This document shows positions 30,226-32,000 of a stretch of DNA of 32,000 bases, in pieces; the first letter of the stretch is position 1, and each line of letters opens with the position of its first letter. This DNA comes from Candidatus Saccharimonadota bacterium (GTDB lineage: Bacteria > Pseudomonadota > Gammaproteobacteria > Enterobacterales > Enterobacteriaceae). The position numbers were made by a program, and so were the translations under genes. The notes beneath the pieces are model-generated. The model saw only the letters and a program-made list of their open reading frames with translations. It searched no databases and was not told the DNA's origin. The stretch is taken from assembly GCA_041941765.1 (NCBI GenBank), contig CP145869.1:90001-122000 (forward strand), read 5' to 3'.

Positions 30226-32000
30226 ATGTTAAAAAATAATTTATTACTTAAACAACTAAAAAAACAATTACAAACTCTTTCACGTATTGAAGGAATAGTA
30301 AAACAAACTAAAACAGGATTTGGTTGGTTACATACTAATACATCAAAAAAATATTTGATTTCTAAATTTGATATGAAAAGAGTTATGCATGGAGATCGTA
30401 TTATTGCCATTTTAGAAAACAATGATAATCAACCATCTATAGCAAAACCCGAAAAATTATTAGAACCGGCTATTAAACGTTTTATTGGACGTATTCAGAA
30501 TCATAATAAATTATTATCTATAATTCCATATTTTTTACCGATAAAAAATCTTATTTTATGTAGTATGCCAACTAACAATATTAAATATCACTTTAAAAGT
30601 GGAGATTGGGTTGTAGCAGAAATATGTAAACATCCTTTAACAAATCTAAATGATCAAAATTTTTATGCAGATTTAATACAAATAATATCTTCAGGTACAG
30701 ATCATTTAGTTCCTTGGTGGGTTACTTTAGTAAAACATAATCTTGAACGTCATTCTCCTGTAATGCATCATAATACTATTTTTATTAAAGTTGAAAATGA
30801 AAAATTATATCGTGAAGATCTAACTAAATTACCTTTTATTACTATTGATAATGATAGTACAGAAGATATGGATGATGCATTGTATGCTGAAGAAATTTCA
30901 ACTAATCTATTTCGTCTTACAATTGCTATTGCAGATCCAAGTTCATTAATTATACAAAATAGTGAATTAGATCTATTAGCAGCTAATCGTTCTTTTAGTA
31001 CTTATTTACCTAATTTAAATATTCCAATGTTGCCTAGGCAATTTTCTGAAAAGTTTTGTTCATTACGTCCTGGAGTCCAAAGACCAGTTTTAATTTGTCA
31101 AATAGTAATTAAAAATGATGGTAGTATTATCTTTTCTCAAATGAAATTTAGTTTAGCATGGATTATCTCTAAAGCAAAACTTATATATAGAAATGTTTCT
31201 AATTGGTTAGAAAATAGCGGCAAATGGAATCCAGAAAATAAAATTATAGCAGATCAAATCAAATTATTATATCGTATTTATATACGACGTTATAGGTGGA
31301 GAAAACAAAATGCTTTAGTTTTAAAAAATCAAGATCAACCTCAATATCATTTTGTATTTAATGCAGCAGGTTGTATATCTGATATAAAAATTGAATATAG
31401 ACGTATTGCACATTTTCTTATAGAAGAAATCATGATAACAGCTAATATTTGTGCAAGTAATTTTCTACGTGAAAAATTAGGATTTGGAATATATAATGTA
31501 CATATAGGATTTAATAAAACTGATGTTCAATTAATAGTTAATATTCTAGCTAAATATGGACTAATTTTTGATAGCAGTGTTATTACTACTTTAAACGGGT
31601 ATTGTCATTTACAATATTTAATTGATACGTTATCTATACCTTATTTAAATAATATCATGAAAAAATTTCAAACCGTCACTGAAATTACTACACAACCCAA
31701 ACCTCATTTTGGATTAGGTTTAGAATGCTATGCTACTTGGACGTCACCTATTCGTAAGTATGGTGATATCATTAATCATCGTTTAATAAAATCCATTTTA
31801 ATAGGAAAAAATATATGTTGTCCAAGTCCTGAAACAATTCTTATTATGAAAGAACGTCGTCGCTTAAATCGCTTAGCTCAACGTGATGTAAAAAATTGGC
31901 TTTATTCACTTTTTTTAAAAAAATATATAAATCCTCCGAGAAAATTTCGTGCTGAAATTAAATTTGTTATACAAAATGGATTATGTATAACAATTATCGA
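30226..32000 (+). CDS. rnb: Exoribonuclease II (RNase II), 3'-truncated by the window edge
   Basis: This gene is absent from the ORF track because no stop is reached. My translation from ATG 30226 reads MLKNNLLLKQLKKQLQ...EGIVK.T.TGFG.L, KRVMHGDRIIA, GDWVVAE...HPL, FYA.L, DH.VPWWVTL.KHNLE, TIDN.STEDMDDAL, NIPMLPR, GFGIYNVH.GF, PHFGLGLE.YATWTSPIRKYGD.INHRL.K and RRRLNR.A.RDV..WLY. It is colinear with E. coli RNase II. Confidence 0.93.
   Translation, partial: MLKNNLLLKQLKKQLQTLSRIEGIVKQTKTGFGWLHTNTSKKYLISKFDMKRVMHGDRIIAILENNDNQPSIAKPEKLLEPAIKRFIGRIQNHNKLLSIIPYFLPIKNLILCSMPTNNIKYHFKSGDWVVAEICKHPLTNLNDQNFYADLIQIISSGTDHLVPWWVTLVKHNLERHSPVMHHNTIFIKVENEKLYREDLTKLPFITIDNDSTEDMDDALYAEEISTNLFRLTIAIADPSSLIIQNSELDLLAANRSFSTYLPNLNIPMLPRQFSEKFCSLRPGVQRPVLICQIVIKNDGSIIFSQMKFSLAWIISKAKLIYRNVSNWLENSGKWNPENKIIADQIKLLYRIYIRRYRWRKQNALVLKNQDQPQYHFVFNAAGCISDIKIEYRRIAHFLIEEIMITANICASNFLREKLGFGIYNVHIGFNKTDVQLIVNILAKYGLIFDSSVITTLNGYCHLQYLIDTLSIPYLNNIMKKFQTVTEITTQPKPHFGLGLECYATWTSPIRKYGDIINHRLIKSILIGKNICCPSPETILIMKERRRLNRLAQRDVKNWLYSLFLKKYINPPRKFRAEIKFVIQNGLCITII

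Overview
This window is very AT-rich and gene-dense. It looks like part of a reduced gammaproteobacterial (Enterobacterales-derived) obligate-endosymbiont genome. Every substantial ORF aligns by eye to an E. coli K-12 housekeeping protein, the proteins are rich in K/N/I/F, and spacers are short. The retention of putA and aspA is reminiscent of Wigglesworthia- or Blochmannia-type insect symbionts, but I cannot assign the organism from sequence alone.

I call 27 intact protein genes: rpsG, rpsL, tusB, tusC, tusD, lpdA, hpt, yadG, yadH, dksA, erpA, aspA, groES, groEL, glyQ, glyS, ruvB, ruvA, ruvC, yebC, aspS, cmoA, cmoB, argS, putA, fabI and a 3'-truncated rnb. I also call one tRNA-Ser(GGA), one 2.1-kb multiply disrupted pseudogene (mrcB, PBP1b), a near-consensus sigma-32 promoter upstream of groES, and a clear rho-independent terminator after groEL.

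I see no CRISPR array, transposase, integrase, phage, toxin-antitoxin or defence-like genes, and no unexplained multi-gene cluster. I therefore find no evidence for a novel biological system here.

The observations most worth a second look are:
- the apparently recent decay of mrcB in an otherwise intact region
- a 715-bp gene-free spacer at a synteny breakpoint (erpA|aspA)
- an in-frame loss of about 48 aa in GlyS
- a full-length PutA that keeps its DNA-binding domain but has no recognisable operator
- long homopolymer tracts inside intact genes
- a slightly aberrant tRNA-Ser

All homology statements come from by-eye alignment to E. coli sequences recalled from memory, not from database searches.
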